Assembly (NCBI GenBank): GCA_964550915.1
Contig: CAZKBY010000001.1
Location: 1 to 36,384 of the forward strand
Length of the DNA stretch: 36,384 nucleotides
Reading direction: 5' to 3'
Source of the DNA: an uncultured Eubacteriales bacterium
GTDB lineage: Bacteria; Acidobacteriota; Aminicenantia; Aminicenantales; UBA8522
In this document: one piece after another, positions 24,619-33,641 of the stretch
How positions within the stretch are numbered: position 1 is the stretch's first letter
Layout of the letters: each line of letters opens with the position of its first letter
The notes under the pieces: model-generated
What the model was told of the DNA's origin: nothing
What the model saw: only the letters and a program-made list of their open reading frames with translations
The model's database searches: none
Program-made: the position numbers and the translations under genes

Positions 24619-25863
24619 TTAGGCTACGACTTCTCCCGCGGCCATTCCAGAAGACACGGCCGTGATTTCGACTTCTATTTCCTGGCCAGGGTCGAAAGAG
24701 CAGCGGGGAACTCTAACTTTTATATAATTCCCCGTCAGAATTTCAGCCTCCCCGCCTTTCTTTTTAATGACGACTCCTTCGATCCTCTTTCCCACGAAGC
24801 TCTGGCGAAAGGAGAGCCATTTCTCCAGCGCCATTTTCCTCAAACACGCTGACCTCTGGCTTTTCACATCCTCCGGAACCTGGAGCCTCGAAGCAGCAGA
24901 GGTCCCCGGCCGGGCCGAGTACGAAAACACATGAATATAGGAAAGGGGCGAATGCTCTAAAAAATGAAGTCCGGTTTCAAAGTCGTCCTCCGTCTCCCCC
25001 GGAAAACCGGCGATGACGTCTGCCCCCAGTGCGGCCTCGGGCATATTCTGGCGCAGCCGGGAGAGAACTCGGCCATGATCAGCCGCCCTCGATTCCCTGC
25101 CCATCAGCCTGAGAATCCTGTCTGAGCCATGCTGCAGGGAAAGATGGAAATGGGGGCAGATTGTCCGGCTGGCCGCGATAAACTCCACGAGTTCGTCATC
25201 CAAAAACCGGGGGTCGAGCGAGCTCAGCCTGACCCGGCCGAGGCCTTCCAGTTTGTTCAAGTCCTTGAGAAGCTCGAGCAGCGAACTTTTAGGCTGGAGG
25301 TCATGGCCGTAAGAAGAAAGATGGATCCCGCAGAGGACGATTTCCCTGAAGCCCTGGCCGATGAATGTCTTCGCCCGATCGATGACCTCTCGCCGGCTAA
25401 GGCTCTTGCTCCTCCCCCGCACTCTCGGGATAACACAGAAAGCGCACCGGAAGTCGCAACCGTCCTGGACCTTGAGGAGGGCGCGGGAGCGCAAAGGCCG
25501 GGTAAGCCGCGGCTCGCCCGGCTCTACCTCTGAACAAATCCTGTCTATTAGTTCGTCTTTTTCGGCGTTAGATAAGATAAGCCAGGCCTGCGGAATTTCC
25601 TCGAACTCGGCTCTTCTTGAGTCAACTGAGCAACCTGTCAGGACGAGTCTCGCACCGGGGTTCTGGCGGCCAATGCGGCGGATAAACTTGCGGACATCCC
25701 GGTCTGCCCGGCTGGTCAGGGTGCAGGTGTTGACGATGATGATATCGGCCTGCGTCGAGTCCTGCTCAGTCTTAAGGCCGCGCTTGGCGAGTTCCTGGGC
25801 CCAGGCGAAGGATTCAGCCTGGTTGACCCGGCAGCCGAAATTCTGAATGGCCAGGGAAATCAT
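24619..25863 (-). CDS. mtaB: Radical SAM methylthiotransferase, MtaB-like (MiaB/RimO family)
   Basis: N-terminal UPF0004 domain (FGCRVNQAES), radical SAM CDFRCAFC, C-terminal TRAM-like region. The subfamily assignment is by N-terminal motif and length only. Confidence 0.7.
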   Translation of the reverse strand: MISLAIQNFGCRVNQAESFAWAQELAKRGLKTEQDSTQADIIIVNTCTLTSRADRDVRKFIRRIGRQNPGARLVLTGCSVDSRRAEFEEIPQAWLILSNAEKDELIDRICSEVEPGEPRLTRPLRSRALLKVQDGCDFRCAFCVIPRVRGRSKSLSRREVIDRAKTFIGQGFREIVLCGIHLSSYGHDLQPKSSLLELLKDLNKLEGLGRVRLSSLDPRFLDDELVEFIAASRTICPHFHLSLQHGSDRILRLMGRESRAADHGRVLSRLRQNMPEAALGADVIAGFPGETEDDFETGLHFLEHSPLSYIHVFSYSARPGTSAASRLQVPEDVKSQRSACLRKMALEKWLSFRQSFVGKRIEGVVIKKKGGEAEILTGNYIKVRVPRCSFDPGQEIEVEITAVSSGMAAGEVVA

Positions 25864-26351
25864 GTCTTCTGCCTGACCTTTCTTGAGGCCTCCTCCATCT
25901 GGGCTGCCAGCTTCAGCCTGTATTCTTTAAGCTTCTTTTTTAAGCGCGGATTCTTTAAACTCAGGACTTCGACCGCGAGCAAAGCTGCGTTGGCGGCTCC
26001 AGCTTTGCCCAGTCCCATCGTCGCTACCGGAATTCCCTTGGGCATCTGGACTGTCGAGAGAAGGGCATCCAGCCCGCCCAATCCGGCGCTTTCGACGGGA
26101 ACGCCGATGACTGGTAACGTCGTATGGGCGGCGACGAAGCCGGCCAGATGAGCTGCTTTGCCGGCTGCGGCGATGAAAATCTTGACGCCTTTTTCCTCCA
26201 GGGTTGAGACGAGTTTCCTTGTTCGGTCGGCGGAGCGGTGAGCCGAGGTCACCTCAAGAGTGTGGCTGACGCCGAATTCCTTGAGAATATCCAGAGCTTC
26301 CCGGATGATGTCGTAATCCGACTCGCTGCCGATGAAGATGGCGACGTCCAT
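25860..26351 (-). CDS. purE: N5-carboxyaminoimidazole ribonucleotide mutase
   Basis: 163 aa. GSESD, VTSAHRSADR, AAGKAAHLAG. AGGAGG ribosome-binding site. The stop overlaps the mtaB start (ATGA). Confidence 0.9.
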   Translation of the reverse strand: MDVAIFIGSESDYDIIREALDILKEFGVSHTLEVTSAHRSADRTRKLVSTLEEKGVKIFIAAAGKAAHLAGFVAAHTTLPVIGVPVESAGLGGLDALLSTVQMPKGIPVATMGLGKAGAANAALLAVEVLSLKNPRLKKKLKEYRLKLAAQMEEASRKVRQKT

Positions 26352-26359
26352 GTTTCCTC

Positions 26360-27628
26360 CTACTTCATCGCTCCGATATCGCGGCGGCAGTGCATCCCTT
26401 CGAAAGAAACGGCTGAGATGGCGCTGTAAATGTTTTCTAACGCTTCGCTCAGCGTGTCAGCCGAGGCACAGACGTTGAGGACTCTGCCCCCGCTTGTGAA
26501 ATATTCTCCATTTTCATATTTTGTCCCGGCATGGAAGACAACGATGCCTGGGATGGCGGAAATTTCTTTCAAGCCTGTAATCGGCTTGCCTTTTTCATAG
26601 GCAAGGGGGTATCCGCCCGAGGCCAGGACGACACAGGCCGAAGCTTGCTTGCTCCAGCGCATTTCTGCTTTCAGGACGTTTCCCTCGAGGGCGTTGAGAC
26701 AGACGTCGACCAAATCCGATTCCAGCCGCAGCATCTGAACCTGCGTTTCCGGGTCGCCGAACCGACAGTTGTATTCGAGAACTTTAGGCCCCTCCTCGGT
26801 CAGCATCAGCCCGACATATAGGACGCCCGTGTATCTTCGGCCTTCCTCGTGCATCCGATTGATCGTCGGGAAGACAATCGTCGTGATGATCTCGGAGAAG
26901 AGTCGGGATGTAATGAACGGCGAAGGAGAGATAGCGCCCATTCCGCCCGTGTTGGGTCCTCTGTCGCCGTCATAGACGGCCTTGTGGTCCATCGTCGTCA
27001 CCAGGGGCTGGATTTTGGCTCCGTCCGAAATGACGATAAAAGAGACCTCTTTTCCGTTGAGGAAATCCTCGATGATAACCCTTTTTCCCGCCTCCCCGAA
27101 TTGCTTTTTGGCCATGATCATGTCAACCGCATCTTCTGCCTTGCGGAGGCTCGGGCAGACGATGGCCCCTTTGCCGGCTGCGAGACCGTCGGCCTTGATG
27201 ACCAGGGGAAAGAAAAACTCGCCGGACTTGAGAATCCGCAGCGCCTGGGGCACTGATTCGGCCACCTTAAACCGGGCGGTGGGGATCCGGTGCCGTTCCA
27301 TGAACTGCTTGGCGAAAATTTTGCTCCCTTCCAGCTCGGCTGCTTTCTTCGTCGGCCCGAAGATACGCAGGTGGCGCTTTTCGAATTCGTCGACGATTCC
27401 CAGGGTAAGCGGCAGCTCTGGACCGACTAACGTCAAGTCGATTTTCATCCTGCCCGCAAAATCCACCAGACCCTCGATATCCGAATCAGCGAGGGGGATG
27501 TTTTCAGCTATGCTCAACGTGCCCGGGTTGCCGGGCGCGCAATAGACTTTTTCGACGAGCGGGCTCCGAGCGACTTTCCAGGCTAAAGCGTGCTCCCTCC
27601 CTCCAGAACCGACGACCAGGATCTTCAT
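26360..27628 (-). CDS. purD: Phosphoribosylamine-glycine ligase
   Basis: 422 aa. MKILVVGSGGREHALAWK, followed by an ATP-grasp core. Full-length resemblance to PurD. Confidence 0.9.
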   Translation of the reverse strand: MKILVVGSGGREHALAWKVARSPLVEKVYCAPGNPGTLSIAENIPLADSDIEGLVDFAGRMKIDLTLVGPELPLTLGIVDEFEKRHLRIFGPTKKAAELEGSKIFAKQFMERHRIPTARFKVAESVPQALRILKSGEFFFPLVIKADGLAAGKGAIVCPSLRKAEDAVDMIMAKKQFGEAGKRVIIEDFLNGKEVSFIVISDGAKIQPLVTTMDHKAVYDGDRGPNTGGMGAISPSPFITSRLFSEIITTIVFPTINRMHEEGRRYTGVLYVGLMLTEEGPKVLEYNCRFGDPETQVQMLRLESDLVDVCLNALEGNVLKAEMRWSKQASACVVLASGGYPLAYEKGKPITGLKEISAIPGIVVFHAGTKYENGEYFTSGGRVLNVCASADTLSEALENIYSAISAVSFEGMHCRRDIGAMK

Positions 27629-29067
27629 GGCAGAATCCTTTTCTCGATCTCCTCGGCCAGCCCCTCGATAAGCCCGGGCCGGGGGAAAGCGCTCGCCAGG
27701 ATCCTTGTTGCTGCAGGGAGGGCCTCCTCAACCGGCAGACAGAACTTCATCTCCAAGAAATTCTGCCTGAACTTCCGAACTTCTTCCTTGACCTGTTTGT
27801 TCCGGATGATGATGTCGGCCATAAAGCCGGCCAGGACATCAAAGTCTTTTGCTCCCATGCCGAAGCGAGTCATCTCCTGCACGCCCAACCGGATTCCGCT
27901 CGAATCCAAGAAGGTCTCGTCGTCGGGGAGAGCCTGATAATTGGCGATGATGTTGCTCTCTTCGAGACGCCGGGCAATCTCCTGGGCCGGCCCGAACGGC
28001 CTCACCCGGATCAAGACCTGGTGTGTTTCCGTAAACCCGTCCCTCTCTTCCCCTTCGACCAGGACGCCGTGGCTTTTAAGCGATCTGGCAAATGATTTCG
28101 CGTTCTGCTTGACTTTTAGTTGATACTCATCTTTGAACGTGTTCATCTCGTAACTTGCCATCAAGAGGGCCAGGAGAGTTCCCAGGTGATGGTTGCTCGT
28201 TGAACCGGGGAAGGCCCGGCTTTTGACATCCAGCCAAAAGTTCCTCAGTCGCGAGCCGGACGGAAAATTGCCGGCGATGACGCCTCGCTGCGGGCCAAAA
28301 AACGTCTTATGGGTGCTTCCAGTGACGACATCAGCGCCTTCGGCCAGCGGTTCCTGGAAGGCGCCGTAAAGCCCTAAGACATGGGCCATGTCGTACATGA
28401 GGACCGGCCGGTCCGGCCAGTCCTTAACCAGGCCGGCCACAAACCTCACTGGTTCCGGAAAAAGGAACATGCTCTTGCCGAAAATAATGAGCTCAGGCCG
28501 GTTGTCATCTAATAGCTCTCCCAGTTTTTCGAGGTCTGTCTTGTAAGGATTCTCGCTAGAGACAGGAAAGCTGACCACTCTTTCCTTCCCGGTCTTAGGG
28601 TCTTCCTCAACGAAATTGAACAAGGCTCCCATTGGCTGGGAACTTAGATGGCCGCCCTTGGTCAGGTCGTTGTTCATGACCAGCCGCAGCTTGCGTGTCG
28701 GCTGGCCTTCTGGCCGGCTGCGGTTAACGAAACGGACCATAGCTTTGAACACGACTTCGTTGGCCATCTGGCCGCTGATCGGCCTTAACTCGACATCAGA
28801 GCATCGGAAGAACTGGCCCAGCTCCTTCTGGGCCTCGATTTCAACCTCCCGGATAAAATCCGTGCCCTGATAAAAATAGACTTCCTCGCCCTTCATCGTC
28901 CGGTGCTCGGCATACCGGCCAGCGGGGTCAGAGATCTCACACAGCTTAACCAAGAGCGAGGGCGTCGTCTCGGAAGGAATCAGGTTGAACGATTCCGCCT
29001 GCCGCCAACGGTTGTTCTGCTCGATTTTTGCAGCCAAAGGAAGAATTTTTTCAGTTAGAGAAGCCAT
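27625..29067 (-). CDS. glyA: Serine hydroxymethyltransferase-like PLP enzyme (divergent, long form)
   Basis: 480 aa. FNLIPSETT (cf. LELIASEN), RYAEH, SGQMANEVVF, PLP-lysine motif GSTHKTFFGPQRG. The stop overlaps the purD start (ATGA). Confidence 0.7.
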   Translation of the reverse strand: MASLTEKILPLAAKIEQNNRWRQAESFNLIPSETTPSLLVKLCEISDPAGRYAEHRTMKGEEVYFYQGTDFIREVEIEAQKELGQFFRCSDVELRPISGQMANEVVFKAMVRFVNRSRPEGQPTRKLRLVMNNDLTKGGHLSSQPMGALFNFVEEDPKTGKERVVSFPVSSENPYKTDLEKLGELLDDNRPELIIFGKSMFLFPEPVRFVAGLVKDWPDRPVLMYDMAHVLGLYGAFQEPLAEGADVVTGSTHKTFFGPQRGVIAGNFPSGSRLRNFWLDVKSRAFPGSTSNHHLGTLLALLMASYEMNTFKDEYQLKVKQNAKSFARSLKSHGVLVEGEERDGFTETHQVLIRVRPFGPAQEIARRLEESNIIANYQALPDDETFLDSSGIRLGVQEMTRFGMGAKDFDVLAGFMADIIIRNKQVKEEVRKFRQNFLEMKFCLPVEEALPAATRILASAFPRPGLIEGLAEEIEKRILP

Positions 29068-29082
29068 CGGTTCGTTTCCTCC

Positions 29083-29532
29083 CTATCTGAGGTTCTTTCT
29101 TTCCAGGTCGGCAATCTTATCTATCCGTCTTTGGTGCCGTCCACCCTCGAAGTTAGCATTGAGCCAGGCGCTGACAATCTCCTGTGCCTCGATCAGGTCT
29201 AGGACACGGCCGCCCAGACAGAGGCAGTTAGAGTCGTTGTGTTTCCGGCTGATCTCGGCCGTCGACAGGTTCCAGCAGGCGGCGGCCCGGATGCCTCTGA
29301 ATTTGTTGGCCACGATGGCCATCCCCAGCCCTGTCCCGCAAAAAAGGATAGCCCGGTCGCATTCTCTCCGAGCCATGCTGCCCATGGCCCGGACGCCGAA
29401 GTCGACATAATCAACAGTCTCGCCGGGACCGCAACCGAAGTCGAGGAAAGCAATTCCTTTATTCCCCAGGAAGGCGCGGATCCCCTCTTTGAGCTCATAG
29501 CCTGCATGATCAGAGGCCAAGGCAATTTTCAT
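29083..29532 (-). CDS. rpiB: Ribose 5-phosphate isomerase B
   Basis: 149 aa. MKIALASDHAGYELK, CGTGLGMAIVANK, and a typical RpiB/LacAB C-terminus. Confidence 0.9.
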   Translation of the reverse strand: MKIALASDHAGYELKEGIRAFLGNKGIAFLDFGCGPGETVDYVDFGVRAMGSMARRECDRAILFCGTGLGMAIVANKFRGIRAAACWNLSTAEISRKHNDSNCLCLGGRVLDLIEAQEIVSAWLNANFEGGRHQRRIDKIADLERKNLR

Positions 29533-29563
29533 TCCCGTCTCTCCGTCCGAGATTTATGAGTAA

Positions 29564-31108
29564 TCAGGGAGAATGGCTGTCGGCAATGAACCTGGAAGCC
29601 GCGGGCATGACCTCCAAGGCCTTGAGCACGGCGGGATCTCTCTTCTGGTAAACCTTGACTCCTGCCTCCGTCCCCCAGAGGGAAGAATAAATTTCGCGCT
29701 CAAGCTCTCGCTTAACATCTTCCTCGGATTCCTCGAATCTCTCCTCGCTGAAAGCAATCTTGTTCGATCGGAGGAAAGCTTTGAAATCATCGATGATCGT
29801 GGAGTCGATGACCAGGCCTGTCCCTTCCTCTTCATATCCCGGAAAAACAGCCGTCTTGGACAGCGGAGTCTGATGGCCGGCAAACTTGCGGGCGTAACCG
29901 AAAAACGCTCCCCTGTTCATGAGTTCGAGGACGAAGAGCTTGCGGCCGGAAGCCGCTTCAAAGTCCGGGGAAATCCCGCCCTGGCCGAGGACCTTCCTGC
30001 CCTTGGCCGTGAACCGGACTTCTCGCTCATCCTCTGGAGCTTTCTTGTAAAGGAGGTAGTCTTCGATATGGGCATAGTCTCTCTGGATCGATCGGCCGCT
30101 CGGAGTATAATACTTCGCCGTGGTCAGAGCCAGAGCCAGGTTTTCGCCCAGCGGAAAAACAGTCTGGACAAGGCCCTTCCCCCAGGAATCCTCGCCGACG
30201 ATGTAGCCGCGGTCGTTGTCCATAATCGCGCCGCTGACGATCTCGGAGGCGGAGGCGCTACCGCGGTTGATCAGAACAACCAGGGGGACGTGCTCGTACT
30301 GTCCGTCGCGCTGGGCCCTGAATTCCCGGTTGTAGAGCTTGTTCCGTCCCTTGATGGAGACGATGAGAGAGCCCTTGGGCAGGAACATGTCGGCGATCTC
30401 GATCGACTGGAAAAAAGGCCCGCCGGTGTTGTTCCTCAAGTCTAAAATCAGGCCCTTCATTCCCTGGCCGATGAGCTTGGCCATCTTCTCCTCGAACTCT
30501 TCGGTCGTCGTCTCGGCGAAATTTCGAATGAAGATCCAGCCGACGTCTTTAGTTATCATGAAGGCATAAGGAACGCTCTTTAAGGGAATCTCGGCCCGTT
30601 CAATGGTCAAGTCAAAAGGAGCATCCAAGCCCTCACGGACGAGCGTGATGGTGACTTTAGTCCCCTTGGGGCCCCGAAGTTTCTGCATGGCCTCAAAGCT
30701 TGAGATGGGCTTCGTGCTCTCGCCGTTGATATGAGAGATGATATCCCCGGGCTGGATACCGAGCCGGCTGGCCGGTGACCCTTCGAGCGGCGAAATGACG
30801 ACCAGGTTGTCTCCCTGCTTCTGGATCTGGATCCCCAGCCCGTAATATTTTCCCGTGTATTCTTCACGCATCCGGGAGAAGCTCTCGGGGTCGAGAAAAT
30901 AGGAGTGAGGATCGAGCGTTTCGACGATGCCCCTTATCGACGAGAAGACGAGCTCCTCGGGATCCACCTCGCTGTAGTAATTTGTCTCAATCAGGGAAAG
31001 AAGCGAGGAATATTTTTCCAGGGATTCTCCCCAGACATCCTCATCCCTGGCCAGGAGGTTAGCGAGGAGAATAGCTACCAGAAAGCCCAGCGCAATCTTT
31101 CTTTTCAT
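29564..31108 (-). CDS. Carboxy-terminal processing protease (S41 family) with PDZ domain
   Basis: N-terminal signal peptide, PDZ domain (GLGIQIQ..GSPASRLGIQPGDII), catalytic Ser region NRGSASASEI, and Lys in TAKYYTPSGRSIQ. Confidence 0.85.
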   Translation of the reverse strand: MKRKIALGFLVAILLANLLARDEDVWGESLEKYSSLLSLIETNYYSEVDPEELVFSSIRGIVETLDPHSYFLDPESFSRMREEYTGKYYGLGIQIQKQGDNLVVISPLEGSPASRLGIQPGDIISHINGESTKPISSFEAMQKLRGPKGTKVTITLVREGLDAPFDLTIERAEIPLKSVPYAFMITKDVGWIFIRNFAETTTEEFEEKMAKLIGQGMKGLILDLRNNTGGPFFQSIEIADMFLPKGSLIVSIKGRNKLYNREFRAQRDGQYEHVPLVVLINRGSASASEIVSGAIMDNDRGYIVGEDSWGKGLVQTVFPLGENLALALTTAKYYTPSGRSIQRDYAHIEDYLLYKKAPEDEREVRFTAKGRKVLGQGGISPDFEAASGRKLFVLELMNRGAFFGYARKFAGHQTPLSKTAVFPGYEEEGTGLVIDSTIIDDFKAFLRSNKIAFSEERFEESEEDVKRELEREIYSSLWGTEAGVKVYQKRDPAVLKALEVMPAASRFIADSHSP

Positions 31109-31385
31109 CGGCTCACGTGAGGCTTAATCTTAGCAAACCGTCCGGCGGTTGTAAAGCCACTGAATCCCCCCGATAGAAGCTGCTCATCAGCCAAAAATGT
31201 TTGACTTTCAACAGCTCCAAGCACAAAATGCCTACACCCGATGGGTGGCGCGGTTCGGGGGCCCCCCGCCGACCCGAGCGTTTGATGCCGTTAATCTGCC
31301 GGCTTGATAATGAACAAGATCAGCCGCGAATGGGCGCCGGGCGTGAATCGCGACAGGACCCGTCGGGTGATGCTATCGGGCTGCC

Positions 31386-31414
31386 TTGACTAAAGGCCGG
31401 CTAAGGGCTATATT
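31386..31414 (+). promoter_or_regulatory. Candidate sigma-70 promoter for tatA-tatC
   Basis: TTGACT (31386-31391), 17-nt spacer, TATATT (31409-31414), 30 nt before the tatA ATG. Confidence 0.4.
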
Positions 31415-31444
31415 TCTTGTGTCATCCGCTGACGGAACGAGTCC

Positions 31445-31690
31445 ATGTTCGGCAACATCGGTTTTCCCGAGCTGCTCATCATCCTGGCCATTGCCCTGCT
31501 TATTTTCGGGCCCAAAAAACTCCCCGAAGTAGGCCGCTCGATTGGCCGGGCCATCCGAGAATTCCGCCGCACGTCGGACGAAATCAAGGAAAAAATCGAG
31601 GAGGAAATTCAAGCCGAAGAATTCCGCGAAATCAAGGAAGAGCTTAAAAAGGACGTCACCGAGAATGAGGAAGGGAAGAAAATCTCCTGA
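31445..31690 (+). CDS. tatA: Twin-arginine translocase subunit TatA/E
   Basis: [41 protein letters not shown] followed by an acidic/basic tail. 81 aa. Confidence 0.85.
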   Translation: MFGNIGFPELLIILAIALLIFGPKKLPEVGRSIGRAIREFRRTSDEIKEKIEEEIQAEEFREIKEELKKDVTENEEGKKIS

Positions 31691-31694
31691 CGAG

Positions 31695-32438
31695 ATGACC
31701 TTCCTTGAACATCTCGAAGACCTCCGCAAGCGAATTTTCTATTCGTTTATCGCCATCTTCGTCGCTGTCATCCCCGCCTGGATATTCAGCCAGGATGTCT
31801 ACAAAATCCTGGCCAGACCGGTCACTCAGTATCTGCCGGAAGGGACCAACCTCGCCTTTACCGGCCTGACCGAGCCCTTCATGCTCTACCTGAAAGTCTC
31901 CCTCCTCACGGCGCTTTTTGTGACGTCTCCCTTTATCTTCCTCCAGTTCTGGTATTTCGTTGCGCCCGGCCTCTACCAGAAAGAAAAAAAATATGTCATT
32001 CCCTTCGTTTTCCTGACGACTCTCTTTTTTTCGGCCGGTGCCCTGTTCGGCTATTTCGTCGTCTTTCCCTGGGCCTGCCGTTTTTTCCTCCACCTGGGCG
32101 AGGATTTCACGCCCGTCATCACGGTCAACGCCTACTTCAGCCTGGCCATAAAAATCCTCCTGGGCATCGGGCTCGTTTTCGAGCTTCCCACGCTCGTCTT
32201 CTTCCTTTCCCGGATGGGGATCGTCACCTCCCGCTGGATGATCAAGAATTTTAAGTACGCCGTGCTGGCCATCTTCATCATCGCCGCCGTCATCACGCCC
32301 ACGCCGGACATGGTCACCCAGAGCATCCTGGCCGTCCCAATGCTCCTTCTCTACGGAGTCAGCATCTTGATCGCTTTCTTCTTTGGCAAGGAAAGAAAGA
32401 GACGAAGAAAAAAACCTGGTGAGGATGTCGCCGGCTAA
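31695..32438 (+). CDS. tatC: Twin-arginine translocase subunit TatC
   Basis: MTFLEHLEDLRKRIFYSFIAI, then six TM helices. Alternative in-frame ATG at 31665. The track start at 31542 overlaps tatA and is rejected. Confidence 0.85.
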   Translation: MTFLEHLEDLRKRIFYSFIAIFVAVIPAWIFSQDVYKILARPVTQYLPEGTNLAFTGLTEPFMLYLKVSLLTALFVTSPFIFLQFWYFVAPGLYQKEKKYVIPFVFLTTLFFSAGALFGYFVVFPWACRFFLHLGEDFTPVITVNAYFSLAIKILLGIGLVFELPTLVFFLSRMGIVTSRWMIKNFKYAVLAIFIIAAVITPTPDMVTQSILAVPMLLLYGVSILIAFFFGKERKRRRKKPGEDVAG

Positions 32439-32453
32439 AAGACAAAGAAGAAA

Positions 32454-33035
32454 ATGAGAAAAAAGACAAAACAGCCAGGCCCGCAATCCCCTCGCCCGAC
32501 AGGCGCTCCCCGGCTCATCGGACTGACCGGCACCAATGGCGCTGGCAAGGGAGAGGTAGCTGCCTACCTGGTCAAGAAAGGATACGCTTATTTTTCGCTC
32601 AGCGACGAGATCCGGGAAGAACTGCGGAAAATGCGACAAGAGATCACCCGGGACAGCCTGATCGCTCGAGGAAATTCTCTCCGCCGGCGATTCGGGGCTG
32701 ACATCCTGGCCAGATGGGTGGCGAAAAAGGCAAAGGGGAAGGCGGTCATCGACAGCATTCGAAACCCAAGCGAGGCAGCCTACCTGCGCAGGCAGAAAGG
32801 ATTTGTCCTGGTCGCTGTCGATGCGCCAGTCGAGCTGCGGTACAAGAGAGTCAAGCGGCGCGGACGCCTGGAGTCAGCGGCCACTTTTGAAGAATTTGTG
32901 GCCAAGGAAAGGGAGGAGCTATCCGGCGGCCAAGCCGAGCAGCAACTCAGCCGGGTCATGGCCATGGCAGATATCAGGATTTTCAACGATGGGTCGCTGG
33001 CTTCTCTGCGCCGGAAAGTCGAGGCACTCCTATGA
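32454..33035 (+). CDS. P-loop nucleotide kinase-like protein (UPF0200 / dephospho-CoA-kinase-like fold)
   Basis: LIGLTGTNGAGKGEVA Walker A, DSIRNPSEAAYLR, VAVDAPVELRYKRVKRRGR, ADIRIFNDGSLASL. This pattern matches archaeal UPF0200-type kinases as I recall them. The stop overlaps the next ATG (ATGA). Confidence 0.55.
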   Translation: MRKKTKQPGPQSPRPTGAPRLIGLTGTNGAGKGEVAAYLVKKGYAYFSLSDEIREELRKMRQEITRDSLIARGNSLRRRFGADILARWVAKKAKGKAVIDSIRNPSEAAYLRRQKGFVLVAVDAPVELRYKRVKRRGRLESAATFEEFVAKEREELSGGQAEQQLSRVMAMADIRIFNDGSLASLRRKVEALL

Positions 33036-33541
33036 AACCAAAACGCATTTCCAAGGATGACTATTACTTAGGCATCGCCAAGGAAGTCGCGCGGCGGAGC
33101 ACCTGCTTCCGGCGCTCCATCGGCGCCATCATCGTCCGGGACGACGAGATCATCTCCACCGGATACGTCGGCGCTCCCCGGAAGACAAAGGACAGCTTCG
33201 AACATGGCTTCTGCCTTCGTGATAGGCTGGGAATCCCTCACGGCGAACGCTACGAGCTCTGCCGGAGCGTCCACGCCGAGCAGAACGCCATCATCAACGC
33301 CGCCCGGGCCGGGGTCAGCCTGCTCGGCGGAAACATGTACATTTACGGCCTCATCTACGAAACAGGCCAGCCCATCAATGCCTTCCCCTGTTTTATCTGC
33401 AAGAAGATGATCATCAATGCCGGGCTCGACCGCATCATCTGCTCGACGGCCTCCGGAAAGAAGAAAGTTTTTCGTGTCAAACGCTGGACCGAAGACTGGA
33501 CCAGGGGCGACATTCTCGACGACAAACACCAGTACGGATGA
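33032..33541 (+). CDS. comEB: dCMP deaminase (ComEB/CDA zinc deaminase family)
   Basis: 169 aa. Zinc motifs HAEQNAI and PCFICKKMI. N-terminal YYLGIAKEVARRSTC. Confidence 0.85.
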   Translation: MKPKRISKDDYYLGIAKEVARRSTCFRRSIGAIIVRDDEIISTGYVGAPRKTKDSFEHGFCLRDRLGIPHGERYELCRSVHAEQNAIINAARAGVSLLGGNMYIYGLIYETGQPINAFPCFICKKMIINAGLDRIICSTASGKKKVFRVKRWTEDWTRGDILDDKHQYG

Positions 33542-33641
33542 GCGGGCTAAAAGGCGCTTCTGCCCGTTTTGGAGACGGCCAACGAAAAAAGGCAAGAAAA
33601 TTTTCATCAAAAAACGACTTCAATTAGCCGGAACAAAATAA

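Noticed and set aside
29573-30445. 290-aa plus-strand ORF
   Set aside because: It is antisense to the S41 protease gene, has no motifs, and has the biased composition of a shadow ORF. The same reasoning applies to 20541-21116, 444-944, 33068-33610, 34032-34520 and the other short overlapping track ORFs.
31156-31162. GCCACTG, reminiscent of the cobalamin riboswitch core
   Set aside because: This is an isolated heptamer. I could not find the surrounding conserved B12-element helices, and neither flanking gene (ctp, tatA) is a plausible B12-regulated target.
31542-31694. Long basic N-terminal extension of TatC overlapping tatA in another frame
   Set aside because: The extension is lysine/arginine low complexity produced by reading the tatA tail out of frame. 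The TatC homology begins at MTFLEHLEDLRKRI (31695), or possibly at 31665.
31656-32639. 327-aa ORF on the minus strand opposite tatC and the kinase gene
   Set aside because: It has a low-complexity, Gly/Asp/Glu/Arg-rich translation. It is fully antisense to a TatC with clear motifs, which is a typical shadow ORF in GC-rich coding DNA.
33542-33570. Possible terminator after the dCMP deaminase (GCGGGC-N14-GCCCGT followed by TTT)
   Set aside because: The stem is only 6 bp including a G-U pair, the loop is 14 nt, and the T-run is short. This is too weak to report as a feature.
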